A DNA stretch of 64,000 bases from NCBI GenBank assembly GCA_963729955.1, contig CAVSQA010000028.1, positions 147,190-211,189 of the forward strand, written 5' to 3'. Shown here one piece after another: positions 21,709-29,746 of the stretch (position 1 is its first letter; the number at the start of each line of letters is the position of its first letter). The position numbers were made by a program, and so were the translations under genes. The DNA comes from an uncultured Gemmatimonadales bacterium. Its GTDB lineage: Bacteria; Gemmatimonadota; Gemmatimonadetes; Gemmatimonadales; JACORV01. The notes beneath the pieces were generated by a model. The model ran no database searches, was not told the DNA's origin, and saw only the letters and a list, made by a program, of their open reading frames with translations.

Positions 21709-22805
21709 CGCCCACTCCTGGCGGCCGCGAACAACAGCAACGTGCCGACGATCACCACCGGCAGGGCGTCGGCGACACCGGCCGTCACCCGCGTGTGCCC
21801 GCCGCCCGTCAGGAGCCACATGCGCCACTCGGCCACGAGTGAGTCCTCGCTGACGCCTGACGCGCGGGCGAGCCGTGCGCCAACCGAGCCCAGGGAATCG
21901 GCGAGCGCGCGGCGCACCGCGGCCGACCCGTGCAGCGCGTGCACGAACTGCATCAGGCTGCGGCGCGACGAGGTCCCGGCCGGCACGGGCGAGATCGCCT
22001 GGCTCTGCCTGGCGAACGCCGCGCAGGCCGCGTCCAGCCCGGCGAGGCACTCCCCGGCCACGGCGCGCGGCCCCTCGTAGCCGGGCAGGCGCGATATCAA
22101 TCGGCGGAGTTCGTCGCCCCGATAGCGGGCCTCGTACACGTCCGAGTCGCGATCGACCCCGAGCCAGAGCCGGCACTCGGCGACGAGCCCTTCCAGGCAG
22201 CGCTCGTCCACGCGCGTATCCGCACGCAGCAGTTCCTGCCGCGCGGCCTCACCGTCGCGCGCCATCGACCAGCCAAGGCCGAGGTCTGGGGGCGCCCAGC
22301 TCCGCCACTCCGCGTCCAGCGTTCCCCAGAAGGCGCGTGTGATCGCGGCGGCTGCGGCGAATCCGTCCGCCACCGAATCCGGCAGAGCCGGGAGGTCGAC
22401 CATGACCCGGGCGCGCCCGTCCATCCGCGCTGCCCGCAGCACCGAGTCCACGCCCGCCGCCGCTATCGCCACGACCACCTGCCCCGCTATCACGCTTTCG
22501 GGAATGGCGCCGAGACTGTCGAGGTACGCGGCGGCACCCGCAGCGACGCGGCGTCCGGTCGCGTCGCCGGCGGAGCCGGCCAGCAGCACGGTCAGGTTGC
22601 CCGCCCTGAAGGGATGCGCGAGTCGCTGGCGGTACACCTCCCGCCTGGCCGCCGAATCCTCGAGCGCGAGGCGCGCCTGCAGCGACTCCGCGCGCGCCAG
22701 CAGGGTCGCGGCGGGGGCGCCGGGTTCAGGCCCGGCCTGCGCCAGGGAGATCGACGCGCCGGCGCTCGCCCCCAGCGCGAGGACCGTGACGGCCGCCCTA
22801 AACAT
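21699..22805 (-). CDS. hypothetical exported protein with C-terminal membrane anchor
   Basis: 368 aa. Signal peptide MFRAAVTVLALGASAGASISLAQA and C-terminal TM plus basic tail (ALPVVIVGTLLLFAAARSGRWR). The start overlaps the stop of the upstream membrane protein gene. Confidence 0.6.
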   Translation of the reverse strand: MFRAAVTVLALGASAGASISLAQAGPEPGAPAATLLARAESLQARLALEDSAARREVYRQRLAHPFRAGNLTVLLAGSAGDATGRRVAAGAAAYLDSLGAIPESVIAGQVVVAIAAAGVDSVLRAARMDGRARVMVDLPALPDSVADGFAAAAAITRAFWGTLDAEWRSWAPPDLGLGWSMARDGEAARQELLRADTRVDERCLEGLVAECRLWLGVDRDSDVYEARYRGDELRRLISRLPGYEGPRAVAGECLAGLDAACAAFARQSQAISPVPAGTSSRRSLMQFVHALHGSAAVRRALADSLGSVGARLARASGVSEDSLVAEWRMWLLTGGGHTRVTAGVADALPVVIVGTLLLFAAARSGRWR

Positions 22806-23466
22806 CGAACAGCGCCCAGCGGCCCATCAGGATGGCCAGCGGCCCCGGCCAGGTGGTGAGGAGGTAGAAGAGCCACCCGGTCACGGAGATGCCGTTCTTG
22901 AGGTCCAGGGCGGCCACCAGGACGTCCGCGAGCAGCACGCCGCAGATCAACCCGAGGGTCGCCAGCGCGGCCCGCTTGGTCGCGATGGAGATGGCGAAGA
23001 AGATCGCGTAGCAGACCAGATGACGCGAGGGCGAACCGCACGGTCAGCTGGACCGGATAGGCGTGGATGCCGCTGGGAAGCCGGACCGAGAGCACGGCGA
23101 CCAGCGCGCCCGATGCCCAGCGCGAGCACCGGGACCGCGAGCAGCGTGGCGTTCGCCGCGAACTTCAGCAGCACGTACATCGCACGGGGCAGCGGCAGCG
23201 ACAGGGCGTACACGTGCCTGCCGGCATGATCCGGCGCCCACGCGCCAATCCCGAGCAGCAGGCCGACGAGGAGCGCGAGGCCGGGGATCAGCAGCCCCGA
23301 TGCGCTGCGCCGCGAAGAGCCACTGGGCGACCCGTTCCGTCGGAGCATTCTCGAGGCTGCCGCCGTAGGTGACGATCAGCAGCGGAACCATGAACCCGAG
23401 CACCGCGAGGAGCATCACGGGTAGCCGTGCCGCCAGCCATTGCGCCTTGAGCATCTGCCTGTACAT
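22798..23466 (-). pseudogene. polytopic membrane protein (putative permease partner of the adjacent ABC ATPase); three frame breaks as sequenced
   Basis: ATG at 23466, preceded by GGGGGA. MYRQMLKAQWLAARLPVMLLAVLGFMVPLLIVTYGG...AAQRIG (frame of 23044..23604) -> LLIPGLALLVGLLLGIGAWAPDH...MYVLLKFAANATLLAVPVLALGIG (frame of 22947..23348) -> ALVAVLSVRLPSGIHAYPVQLTVRFALASS (frame of 22592..23095) -> VCYAIFFAISIATKRAALATLGLICGVLLADVLVAALDLKNGISVTGWLFYLLTTWPGPLAILMGRWALFDV, stop at 22798. +1 breaks near 23296, 23108 and 23017. Confidence 0.6.
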
Positions 23467-23480
23467 CGCTTCCCCCTGTC

Positions 23481-24374
23481 TCAGGACACCGGGGTCCGCG
23501 ACGAGCGGAGCAACTCCACGAACCCCTCCTCGAGATCCAGGTCCACGATCTCCCGCACTTCCGCGCCGACCCCTTCGAACCACTGCACCATCGGCGGCTG
23601 CCACCCCCGCACGACCCAGACCTGCTCGAGCCCCGACATCTCACGCTGGAGCAGCACGAACGGCGTGTCGCCCACCAGGCTCGGCGCGTGCCCGACGCGG
23701 ATGCGCTTGATGCCGTTCTTGAAACCGTGCATCGGCAGCTCCACCACCAGCTTCCCGTTGTCCAGCACCCCTACCCAGTCGCAGATCCGCTCCAGCTCGT
23801 GGACCAGGTGGCTGGAGATGAAGACGGTGGCGGTCCCCTGCGAGCAGAAGTCGAGCAGGGCCGATAGCACGTCCCGGCGCACCACCGGATCGAGCCCGTC
23901 CGTCGGCTCGTCCAGAACGAGGAGCCTGGGGCGCTGCGCCACCACCAGCAGCATGTGCAGCTTGCCCATCTCCCCCTTCGAGAGCGACGCCAGCTTCTGT
24001 TCCATCGGGAGGGCGAAGACGCGCTGCAGCTCGGTCGCATACGCCGCGTCGAAGCCGGGGTAGAAGGCGGCGTGGAAGCGGACGGCCTCCTCGACGGTCA
24101 GGTAGGGGTACAGGTGGGGGCGCTCCGGCACGTATCCGGTCTCCGCCATGATGCGCGCGATTTCCTCGGGCACCCGGCGGCCAAGCACGGTGATCGTCCC
24201 TCTGATGGGACGCAACATCCCGAGCAGTAGCCGGATGGTCGTCGTCTTCCCCGAGCCGTTTGGGCCGAGGAAGCCGTAGATGGAGCCCTCACGCACGTTG
24301 AGTCGCAGATCGCGGAGCTCGAAGCGCTTCCCGGCCCGGTAGGTGAGGTCGCGCGTCTCCATGGCGTTGCTCAT
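23481..24374 (-). CDS. ABC transporter ATP-binding protein
   Basis: ATG at 24374 (MSNAMETRDLTYRAG...), 297 aa. Walker A GPNGSGKTT, signature LSKGEMGK, Walker B LLVLDEP. ATGA overlap with the GntR gene stop. The track ORF 23481..24791 extends upstream by read-through. Confidence 0.9.
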   Translation of the reverse strand: MSNAMETRDLTYRAGKRFELRDLRLNVREGSIYGFLGPNGSGKTTTIRLLLGMLRPIRGTITVLGRRVPEEIARIMAETGYVPERPHLYPYLTVEEAVRFHAAFYPGFDAAYATELQRVFALPMEQKLASLSKGEMGKLHMLLVVAQRPRLLVLDEPTDGLDPVVRRDVLSALLDFCSQGTATVFISSHLVHELERICDWVGVLDNGKLVVELPMHGFKNGIKRIRVGHAPSLVGDTPFVLLQREMSGLEQVWVVRGWQPPMVQWFEGVGAEVREIVDLDLEEGFVELLRSSRTPVS

Positions 24375-24760
24375 GCGACCTTCACCTTCATTTCGATCCG
24401 GAGGGCGTGCAGCAGGTCGTCCCGCGTCACGCCGAGCGCCGAGGCCTCCTGCATCAGCTGCCGCACCAGGCGCCGCGCCTCCCGCTGCCGCTCGGCGTCG
24501 CGCTTCGGCTCGGGCAGCTCCCGCGCGAAGGTCCCGGCTCCCTGCCGGCTCTCGACCACACCCGCCTCCTCCAGTTCGCGGTACGCCTGCACCACGGTGG
24601 CCGGATTGACGCGCAGCTGCGAAGCCAGCTGCCGCACCGACGGCAGCGCCGCTCCCGGCGTCAGCTCCAGCGTCGCGACCGCAATGCGGATCCGGTCCGC
24701 GATCTGCACGTAGAGCGGGATGGGACTGCGAGGATCCAACTGTCTGAACACGGCCCCCAC
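24371..24760 (-). CDS. GntR family transcriptional regulator, short YtrA-like type
   Basis: 129 aa. The winged HTH is IPLYVQIADRIRIAVATLELTPGAALPSVRQLASQLRVNPATVVQAYRELEEAGVVESRQGAGTF, followed by only a short helical tail. It is the first gene of the ABC operon. Confidence 0.85.
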   Translation of the reverse strand: MGAVFRQLDPRSPIPLYVQIADRIRIAVATLELTPGAALPSVRQLASQLRVNPATVVQAYRELEEAGVVESRQGAGTFARELPEPKRDAERQREARRLVRQLMQEASALGVTRDDLLHALRIEMKVKVA

Positions 24761-24764
24761 CGGC

Positions 24765-24784
24765 TGTATCGCTGTACCGATACA
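24765..24784. promoter_or_regulatory. perfect 7-6-7 inverted repeat TGTATCG-ctgtac-CGATACA, candidate operator of the YtrA-like repressor
   Basis: Read directly from the sequence, 5..24 nt upstream of the GntR GTG start (24760). GT...AC-containing palindromes are the usual GntR-family operator style. Confidence 0.5.
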
Positions 24785-24806
24785 GTGGCACTCTGGGCCG
24801 ACTCTG

Positions 24807-25688
24807 TCAAGAGGGATGCAGGACCAGGAGGGTCAGCTCGGCGGGACACCCCCAGCGCACCGGGGCGGTGATCACGCCGATGCCGCGCGAGACGTAGAGC
24901 TGGCGGTCGCCCTCCCGCACGGCGCCGGAGAGATACCGGAACCCGAACTGCGAAGGCACGTAGGGCGGGCCCACGAACGGCAGATGCGCCTGGCCGCCGT
25001 GGGTATGCCCCGACAGCATCAGATCGAGACGCAGTTCAGGTGGCCAGAACGCGAAGACGTCCGGATCGTGGGACAGCACGATGCGCGGCACGTTCTCGGG
25101 AACGCCGCGCAGCGCGGCGTCGAAATCGATGGCATCGAACCGCAGGTCGCCCACGCCGGCGACCGCGAGGGTGGCCGCGCCTCGCCTGATCAGCACCGAG
25201 GTATTCCGGAGTTCCGTCAGCCCGGCCTCGTGCAGCGCCCGCCGCACCAGTTCCGCGCCGACGTAATGATCGTGATTCCCGAGAACGCAGAACACGCCGT
25301 CCGGCGCCGTGAGCGGCCGCAGCAATTCGGCGAGCCCCGCCGCGTAGCGCGGGCTGTGCGAGAGGTAGTCGCCGCCGAGGAGGATCAGATCGGGCCGCAG
25401 CTCCAATGCCGCCGACACGGACTTGGCGATCCACCAGCGCGGCACGACGGCGGAGTAGTGTGGGTCCGTCAGGAAGGCGACGCGGTACCCCTCGAACGTC
25501 GGCGGCAGATCCCGCAGCCCGACGTCACGTCGTTCGACCACCAGGCGCTTGAAGCGCCAGAAGCCGAAGGGCGCCGACAGCCGCTCCACCCAGTGGCTCG
25601 CGACGTTCTCGAGCCGGCGCGCGCCGCTGGGCACCACCGCCGTCCGGCGGGGAAGGTGCCGAGGCGAGCGTACCAGCGGGCCAATCAC
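24807..25688 (-). CDS. metallophosphoesterase
   Basis: 293 aa carrying the motif series FLTDPHY, LLGGDYL, VLGNHDH, SGHTHGGQ. Confidence 0.85.
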   Translation of the reverse strand: MIGPLVRSPRHLPRRTAVVPSGARRLENVASHWVERLSAPFGFWRFKRLVVERRDVGLRDLPPTFEGYRVAFLTDPHYSAVVPRWWIAKSVSAALELRPDLILLGGDYLSHSPRYAAGLAELLRPLTAPDGVFCVLGNHDHYVGAELVRRALHEAGLTELRNTSVLIRRGAATLAVAGVGDLRFDAIDFDAALRGVPENVPRIVLSHDPDVFAFWPPELRLDLMLSGHTHGGQAHLPFVGPPYVPSQFGFRYLSGAVREGDRQLYVSRGIGVITAPVRWGCPAELTLLVLHPS

Positions 25689-25730
25689 GACGCGGCGGGC
25701 ACCCGCTCGAGCGCGGGTCGCGATGCGATC

Positions 25731-26483
25731 CTACAGCCCCGTCGGATGGTCAACGAAGGACCAGGGCAGCTGGAAGCGCTCCGCGACGTGCTCGGCCAGC
25801 GCCTTGACTCCCAAGGTCTCCGTCGCGTAGTGCCCGGCGTAGAACGCGTTGACCCCCAGCTCTTCGGCGTCGAAGTAGGTCCAGTGCTGGCCTTCGCCGG
25901 TGATGAACGAGTCCAGCTCGGCGCTCTTGGCCTGCGCGATCATCGAGCCGGCGCTGCCGGTGATGATGCCGACGCGGCGGACCTGCGGCGGTCCGCCCGC
26001 GATGAGGCGGACCGGGCTGCCCAGAATGGCTTCGAGCCGTGCCGCCAGGGCCTCGCTCGACAGGTCCAGCTCGCCCCACGTGCCGATGGGGGCGCCGCGA
26101 TACTCGCCGAACCAGCCGCGCACTTCCATGCCGAGCTTGCGGGCCAGCACCACGTTGTTGCCGACCTCGGGATGGCGATCGAGAGGAAGGTGTGACGAGT
26201 AGAGTGCCGTACCGTGCCGCACGAGGGACGAGACGCGCCGGTAGTTCCGGCCGACCAGTGGCTCCAGCCCGCCCCAGTACAGCCCGTGATGGACGATCAG
26301 CAGATCGGCGCCGCGCGCGGCGGCCTGGTCGATGACCGCCTGACAGGCATCCACCGCGACCGCCACGTTCTGCACCTCTCCGGCGTTCTCGACCTGCAGA
26401 CCGTTCAGGGCATTGGGGTCATCGCCCACCTCGCCGATGCGTAGGTAGGCGTCGAGGTATCGAACGAGATCGTCGAGCCGCAC
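25731..26483 (-). CDS. Nif3-like dinuclear metal centre protein (GTP cyclohydrolase 1 type 2 homolog)
   Basis: 250 aa. ...NGLQVEN...VAVAVD...ADLLIVHHGLYW... and a C-terminal HYATE-type motif (AGHYATETLG). Confidence 0.85.
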   Translation of the reverse strand: MRLDDLVRYLDAYLRIGEVGDDPNALNGLQVENAGEVQNVAVAVDACQAVIDQAAARGADLLIVHHGLYWGGLEPLVGRNYRRVSSLVRHGTALYSSHLPLDRHPEVGNNVVLARKLGMEVRGWFGEYRGAPIGTWGELDLSSEALAARLEAILGSPVRLIAGGPPQVRRVGIITGSAGSMIAQAKSAELDSFITGEGQHWTYFDAEELGVNAFYAGHYATETLGVKALAEHVAERFQLPWSFVDHPTGL

Positions 26484-26596
26484 CGTTCAGACCCGAGGCG
26501 GTACGACGGGGATGAGGCCGGGTGGTCGCTTCAACCCGAGGCTCACGCCGCTACATCATCCTGGCCGGTACGTGCCGGGCGTGACGGCATCGCGGT

Positions 26597-27085
26597 TCAC
26601 GCCGGCGGCGCCGACGACGGACGGACCGGGGCCGCGGCGGGCGGCGTCCGGACCACGGCCTTGGGATCGGCCGCCTTGTCGTCCCGCTTCCAGGCGCCGT
26701 CGCCCATCTTGATCTGGCCATTCAGGGTCGCGCCTTCGACCACCGCGAGCCGGACGGTCGTGACGTCACCCGCGACGGAGGCGCCAGCCTGGACTTCCAC
26801 GCGCTCCCTCGCCCGGATCGCGCCATTCACGGCTCCGCCCACCACGGCCTCGGTCGTCTCGATGTCGCCCTGCACGACTCCGCCCCTGGCGACCAGGACC
26901 TGCGAGCTTGCCTTCACGTGCCCCTCCACCGTCCCCTCGACCTTCACCACGCCGTCGGTCTCCAGATCGCCCCGGATGGTCATCCCGGCGCCGACGATCG
27001 AGAGGTTGGCCGCGGCCGGCGAGCCCTTGCTTGGGGCCACGGGCCTCTCGCCCGTGGACTTCGCGCTGCTACCGAAGACGCTCAT
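26597..27085 (-). CDS. bactofilin family cytoskeletal protein
   Basis: 162 aa. The central repetitive beta-helix pattern is IVGAGMTIRGDLETDGVVKVEGTVEGHVKASSQVLVARGGVVQGDIETTEAVVGGAVNGAIRARERVEVQAGASVAGDV. The C-terminal tail is Pro/Ala-rich. The ATG lies 2 nt after the M23 gene stop. Confidence 0.85.
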   Translation of the reverse strand: MSVFGSSAKSTGERPVAPSKGSPAAANLSIVGAGMTIRGDLETDGVVKVEGTVEGHVKASSQVLVARGGVVQGDIETTEAVVGGAVNGAIRARERVEVQAGASVAGDVTTVRLAVVEGATLNGQIKMGDGAWKRDDKAADPKAVVRTPPAAAPVRPSSAPPA

Positions 27086-27087
27086 GG

Positions 27088-27904
27088 CTACGGTCCCTCC
27101 CGCACCAGCTTCGTTGGGTCAATGGAGCGACCGCGGAGCCGCACCTCGAAATGCAGGTGGGGAGCGGTCGATCGGCCGGTGTTGCCGGACTGCGCGATCA
27201 CCTGCCCGGCCACTACCGTGTCACCACGGGAGACCAGAATGCGCGACAGGTGGCCGTACATGGTCTGATAGCCCGCGGGGTGCTGGAGCAACACGAACAG
27301 GCCGTACGAGGAATCCATGCCGGCGCGCTCCACCACTCCGCCGCCCGACGCTCTCACGTCCGAGCCCTCCGGCACCGCGAGGTCGATGTCCGGGATGCGT
27401 CTCGTCGCTGAGCGTGTCCATCACCATGCCGCGGGTGCGGTAGGACGGGACCGAGAGCGGCCAGCGGAACGGAATCGACGGGCCGCGTCCGCCCTTGGCT
27501 CCGGAGTCGGCGGCCGGGGCGCGCGCCAGCATCGGCGGCGCGATGTACAGCCGTTCCTCGCCCGCCGCGTACTGTCCCTCGGTATCGCCAGCGGGGGCGG
27601 GCATCCGCGCGCCGAGCATCCCGCGCAGATGCGCGTACCGCGCCTCGGCGTTGGAGAGGGCGCGCGCCAGCTGGTCCACGCGCGCGTTGGCGCGGGTCAG
27701 ATCGTCCACGCGGCGCTGCAGCAGCGGGGCGCGCATCGCGGCGGCGAGGATCGGACCGTACGCGATGACGATGGCCCCGACGGCCACCAGTGTCACCGCG
27801 GTCGCAATCACCGCCGCCCGCACCAACCAGGAGGGCACGCCGAACTGGCGCGAGTCCAGCGACCCGTTGCGATGGACGATGACGGTGTAGCCCGCGGCCC
27901 GCAC
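27088..27904 (-). pseudogene. membrane-anchored coiled-coil M23 (LytM-type) peptidase, LmdC-like architecture; one frame break as sequenced
   Basis: The GTG at 27904 shares a base with the parB stop (TAGTG). It has a TM helix (WLVRAAVIATAVTLVAVGAIVIAYGPIL) and a coiled coil (LLQRRVDDLTRANARVDQLARALSNAEARYAHLRGML). The frame of ORF 27221..28171 is sensible up to ...LSDETHPG, then ORF 27088..27375's frame continues: IDLAVPEGSDVRASGGGVVERAG...SGNTGRSTAPHLHFEV. Both the HxxxD and HxH metal motifs are present. +1 break near 27388. Confidence 0.85.
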
Positions 27905-28791
27905 TAGCCGTCCCAGCGCCGGCCGAGGATGAGCTCGAGGAGACGGCCGAGATCCTCCTCGGAGTAGAAGCGCACCTGCAGGTGCCCCTTCGCCTTGCCC
28001 GTCAGCACGACGGTTGCGTCGGTCCCCAGCTTCTTCCGCAGAGCTCCCTCGATGCGAGCGATTCCCGGTGGTACCCCGCGACGCGCGGCTCGTGCTCCCC
28101 GTCGTCCCGGTGCCGGCGTGCCCCGGGCGTGCCGCTCGATCTCGCGCACCGACCACCCCTGCGCCACGCACTCGCGGGCGAGCCGCTCGATCTGTCGCCC
28201 GTCCCCCAGGCTGAGCAGCGCACGCGCGTGCCCGGCCGACAAGGCATCCCGGCTCACCAGCTGCTGCACGCTCTTGGGCAGCTTGAGGAGCCGGACGGCA
28301 TTGGCCACCGTGGAGCGGTCGCGTCCCACCGCCTCCGCGATCGCGGCGTGCGACAGGTGAAACTCCGTCGCCAGGCGCTCGTACCCTTCCGCCTCATCCA
28401 TCGCGGACAGCGATGCGCGCTGGAGGTTCTCGACCAGCGCCAGGGTGAGCAGGGTGCGGTCGTCCACGTCGCGGACCACCGCCGCGATCGTCTTCCACCC
28501 CAACTCGCGCACGGCGCGCCAGCGCCGCTCGCCCGCCACCAGCTCATAGCCCGACTCGACCTGCCGCACCACGACCGGCTGCAGCAGGCCGCTCGAGGCG
28601 ATCGAGTGCTTGAGCTCGGCCAGCGCCGCCGGATCCATCGCGCGACGCGGCTGGAAGCGGTTGGGCGCCATACCCTCCACCGGCAGCTCGCGCAGCGCCC
28701 CTTCCCGCTCGGCCTCCTCCACGGAGCCGACGCCCAACAGCGCCTCGAGGCCCCGGCCCAACCGCCGGCGGCTGCCCGCGGCGCCGCTCAC
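27904..28791 (-). CDS. parB: chromosome partitioning protein ParB
   Basis: 295 aa with GRGLEALL, LLQPVVVR and YELVAGERRWRA (ParB box), plus an HTH and a C-terminal dimerisation part. GTGA overlap with the parA stop. Confidence 0.92.
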   Translation of the reverse strand: MSGAAGSRRRLGRGLEALLGVGSVEEAEREGALRELPVEGMAPNRFQPRRAMDPAALAELKHSIASSGLLQPVVVRQVESGYELVAGERRWRAVRELGWKTIAAVVRDVDDRTLLTLALVENLQRASLSAMDEAEGYERLATEFHLSHAAIAEAVGRDRSTVANAVRLLKLPKSVQQLVSRDALSAGHARALLSLGDGRQIERLARECVAQGWSVREIERHARGTPAPGRRGARAARRGVPPGIARIEGALRKKLGTDATVVLTGKAKGHLQVRFYSEEDLGRLLELILGRRWDG

Positions 28792-29612
28792 GTGGGCGCC
28801 CCGGCCGGATGCCGGCCGCTCTCACGGGCGTCCGCCGCCACCTTGGAGGCGGTGCGGCGAATCAGCTCCTCGGCCACATTGAGGTAGCTCTGCGCGCCCA
28901 CCGAGCCGATGTCGTAGAGCAGGATCGGCTTGCCGAAGCCCGGCGCTTCCGCCAGCCGCACGTTGCGGGGGATCACGGTCTTGAACATCCGCGCCCCGAA
29001 GTACTCCTGCGCCTCCTCGGCGACCTGGCGCGAGAGGTTGAGCCGCGCGTCGTACATCGTCAGCAGCACGCCATCGATCGCCAGCCGCGGGTTGAAGTTG
29101 CGCTGGACGAGGCGGACCGTGTTCAGCAGCTGGGAGAGCCCTTCGAGCGCGTAGTACTCGCACTGGATCGGAATGATGACCGAATCCGCCGCCGTCAGCA
29201 TGTTGAGCGTCAACAGCCCCAGCGACGGGGGGCAGTCCATGAGGATGTAGTCGTAGGACCGCCGGATGCCGGCCAGGGCGCCGCGCATGATGGACTCGCG
29301 GTGGGCCCGCGACACCAGCTCGACTTCGGCGCCGACCAGGTCCCGCGAGGCCGGCGCAACGTCGAGGAACGGGAAGTGGACGGCGCGCCGGATGACTTCC
29401 GCCAGCGGCCGGTTGTCGAGCAGGACCTCGTAGACCGTGAGCTGCAGCCCCTCGCGCTCCAACCCTACGCCGCTGGTGGCGTTCGCCTGTGGGTCGGCGT
29501 CCACCAGGAGGGTGCGCTTCTCGGCCGCCGCGAGCGAAGCGGCCAAGTTGACGGCGGAGGTCGTCTTGCCGACGCCGCCCTTCTGGTTCGCGACTGCGAT
29601 GACCCTGCCCAT
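28788..29612 (-). CDS. parA: chromosome partitioning ATPase ParA (Soj)
   Basis: 274 aa with the deviant Walker A NQKGGVGKTTSAVNLA and DCPPSLG. Confidence 0.92.
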   Translation of the reverse strand: MGRVIAVANQKGGVGKTTSAVNLAASLAAAEKRTLLVDADPQANATSGVGLEREGLQLTVYEVLLDNRPLAEVIRRAVHFPFLDVAPASRDLVGAEVELVSRAHRESIMRGALAGIRRSYDYILMDCPPSLGLLTLNMLTAADSVIIPIQCEYYALEGLSQLLNTVRLVQRNFNPRLAIDGVLLTMYDARLNLSRQVAEEAQEYFGARMFKTVIPRNVRLAEAPGFGKPILLYDIGSVGAQSYLNVAEELIRRTASKVAADARESGRHPAGAPT

Positions 29613-29630
29613 GGGGCGGGGGAATCTATC

Positions 29631-29646
29631 TGTTGCACGTGCAACG
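29631..29646. promoter_or_regulatory. parS-like centromere site 1 (TGTTGCACGTGCAACG)
   Basis: The inner 14 bp, GTTGCACGTGCAAC, form a perfect palindrome. It matches the canonical tGTTnCACGTGAAACa except for a symmetric pair of changes. The site lies 18 nt upstream of the parA ATG. The 18-mer tgttgcacgtgcaacggg recurs at 29678. Confidence 0.7.
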
Positions 29647-29677
29647 GGCTAGCGCTTTTGGGGGGCCCCATGGGCAG

Positions 29678-29693
29678 TGTTGCACGTGCAACG
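29678..29693. promoter_or_regulatory. parS-like centromere site 2 (TGTTGCACGTGCAACG)
   Basis: Exact second copy of site 1, 47 nt away (start to start). Confidence 0.7.
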
Positions 29694-29746
29694 GGGGCCC
29701 CGTCCGGGACCCCCGTCGCCAGCCCGAGGTCGCTATCGGCGGCCCG

